Source of the DNA: an uncultured Pirellulales bacterium
GTDB lineage: Bacteria > Planctomycetota > Phycisphaerae > Sedimentisphaerales > Anaerobacaceae
Direction of reading: 5' to 3'
Assembly (NCBI GenBank): GCA_964554425.1
Contig: CAZKOQ010000001.1
Location: 1 to 56,689, forward strand
DNA: 56,689 nucleotides
The notes under the pieces were generated by a model, which saw only the letters and a program-made list of their open reading frames with translations, had not been told where the DNA came from and searched no databases. The position numbers and the translations under genes were made by a program. Within the stretch, counting starts at the first letter, position 1. Each line of letters starts with the position of its first letter. Of this stretch, positions 56,411 to 56,689 are shown one piece after another.

Positions 56411-56689
56411 TTACACGACAACTTCTTTTAGCCGTTTGCTCCTGCGTCTGCGAATAATTCTCTTGTTGCTCACTTTCCGCGGATTTCTGGTCTTTCCGCC
56501 TTTTGCCAGCACGCCTGTGGGTGAGCAAGGATGTCTGCCGCCGTTTGACCTGCCTTCTCCGCCGCCCATCGGATGAGAGACGGGGTTCTGTGCCTTGCCC
56601 CTTACGTGTGGTCTGCGGCCTAAATGGCGTGTTCGCCCGGCCTTGCCAATCCTGACATTCTGGTCGTCAGGGTTGCTGAGCTGACCAAT
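56411..56689 (-). CDS. rplB: 50S ribosomal protein L2, C-terminal part (5' end lies outside the window)
   Basis: Translated by hand to the window edge: ...[41 protein letters not shown]...[13 protein letters not shown], with the TAA stop at 56411-56413. Confidence 0.93.
   Translation of the reverse strand: MGQLSNPDDQNVRIGKAGRTRHLGRRPHVRGKAQNPVSHPMGGGEGRSNGGRHPCSPTGVLAKGGKTRNPRKVSNKRIIRRRRSKRLKEVVV

Overview
This is a 56.7-kb bacterial chromosomal segment with about 60 genes and no transposase, integrase, phage gene or CRISPR array. The gene content looks PVC-like (Planctomycetota/Verrucomicrobiota), but that is inference only. Layout, left to right. (1) 66-2560: an SDR oxidoreductase, a signal-anchored hypothetical protein and parB. 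A 1.09-kb gene-free tract follows, carrying two canonical parS 16-mers and a cluster of hairpins; no parA is present. (2) 3647-6208: a Tat-signal xylose-isomerase-like TIM-barrel protein and a Tat-signal Gfo/Idh/MocA oxidoreductase. (3) 6376-28377: a 22-kb block of 13 co-directional genes, tightly packed up to 20971. It holds a coiled-coil membrane protein, an ABC-importer binding protein, a double permease fused in frame to a six-bladed NHL propeller, a MoxR AAA+ ATPase, DUF58, two large vWA membrane proteins, a 702-aa membrane protein, an ABC-2-type ATPase, three tandem paralogous internally duplicated ABC-2 permeases, and a short MalK-like ATPase. This block is the best candidate for an undescribed system. 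(4) 28403-42020, minus strand: a carbohydrate island with five more Tat-signal Gfo/Idh/MocA paralogues, a ThuA-like/TIM-barrel fusion, an FGE-sulfatase-domain protein, two GH5-type glycosidases and a Tat-signal creatininase-fold protein. Three of the Gfo paralogues share a near-identical sigma70-type promoter. (5) 42289-56689, minus strand: an initiator-type tRNA-Met with its terminator, a HIT protein, and the canonical ribosomal-protein run rplB(partial)-rpsS-rplV-rpsC-rplP-rpmC-rpsQ-rplN-rplX-rplE-rpsN-rpsH-rplF-rplR-rpsE-rplO-secY-adk-map-infA-rpmJ-rpsM-rpsK-rpsD-rpoA-rplQ. This run has no rpmD, and L22 carries an unusual N-terminal extension. All calls rest on motifs read by eye from the translations; no database search was possible.
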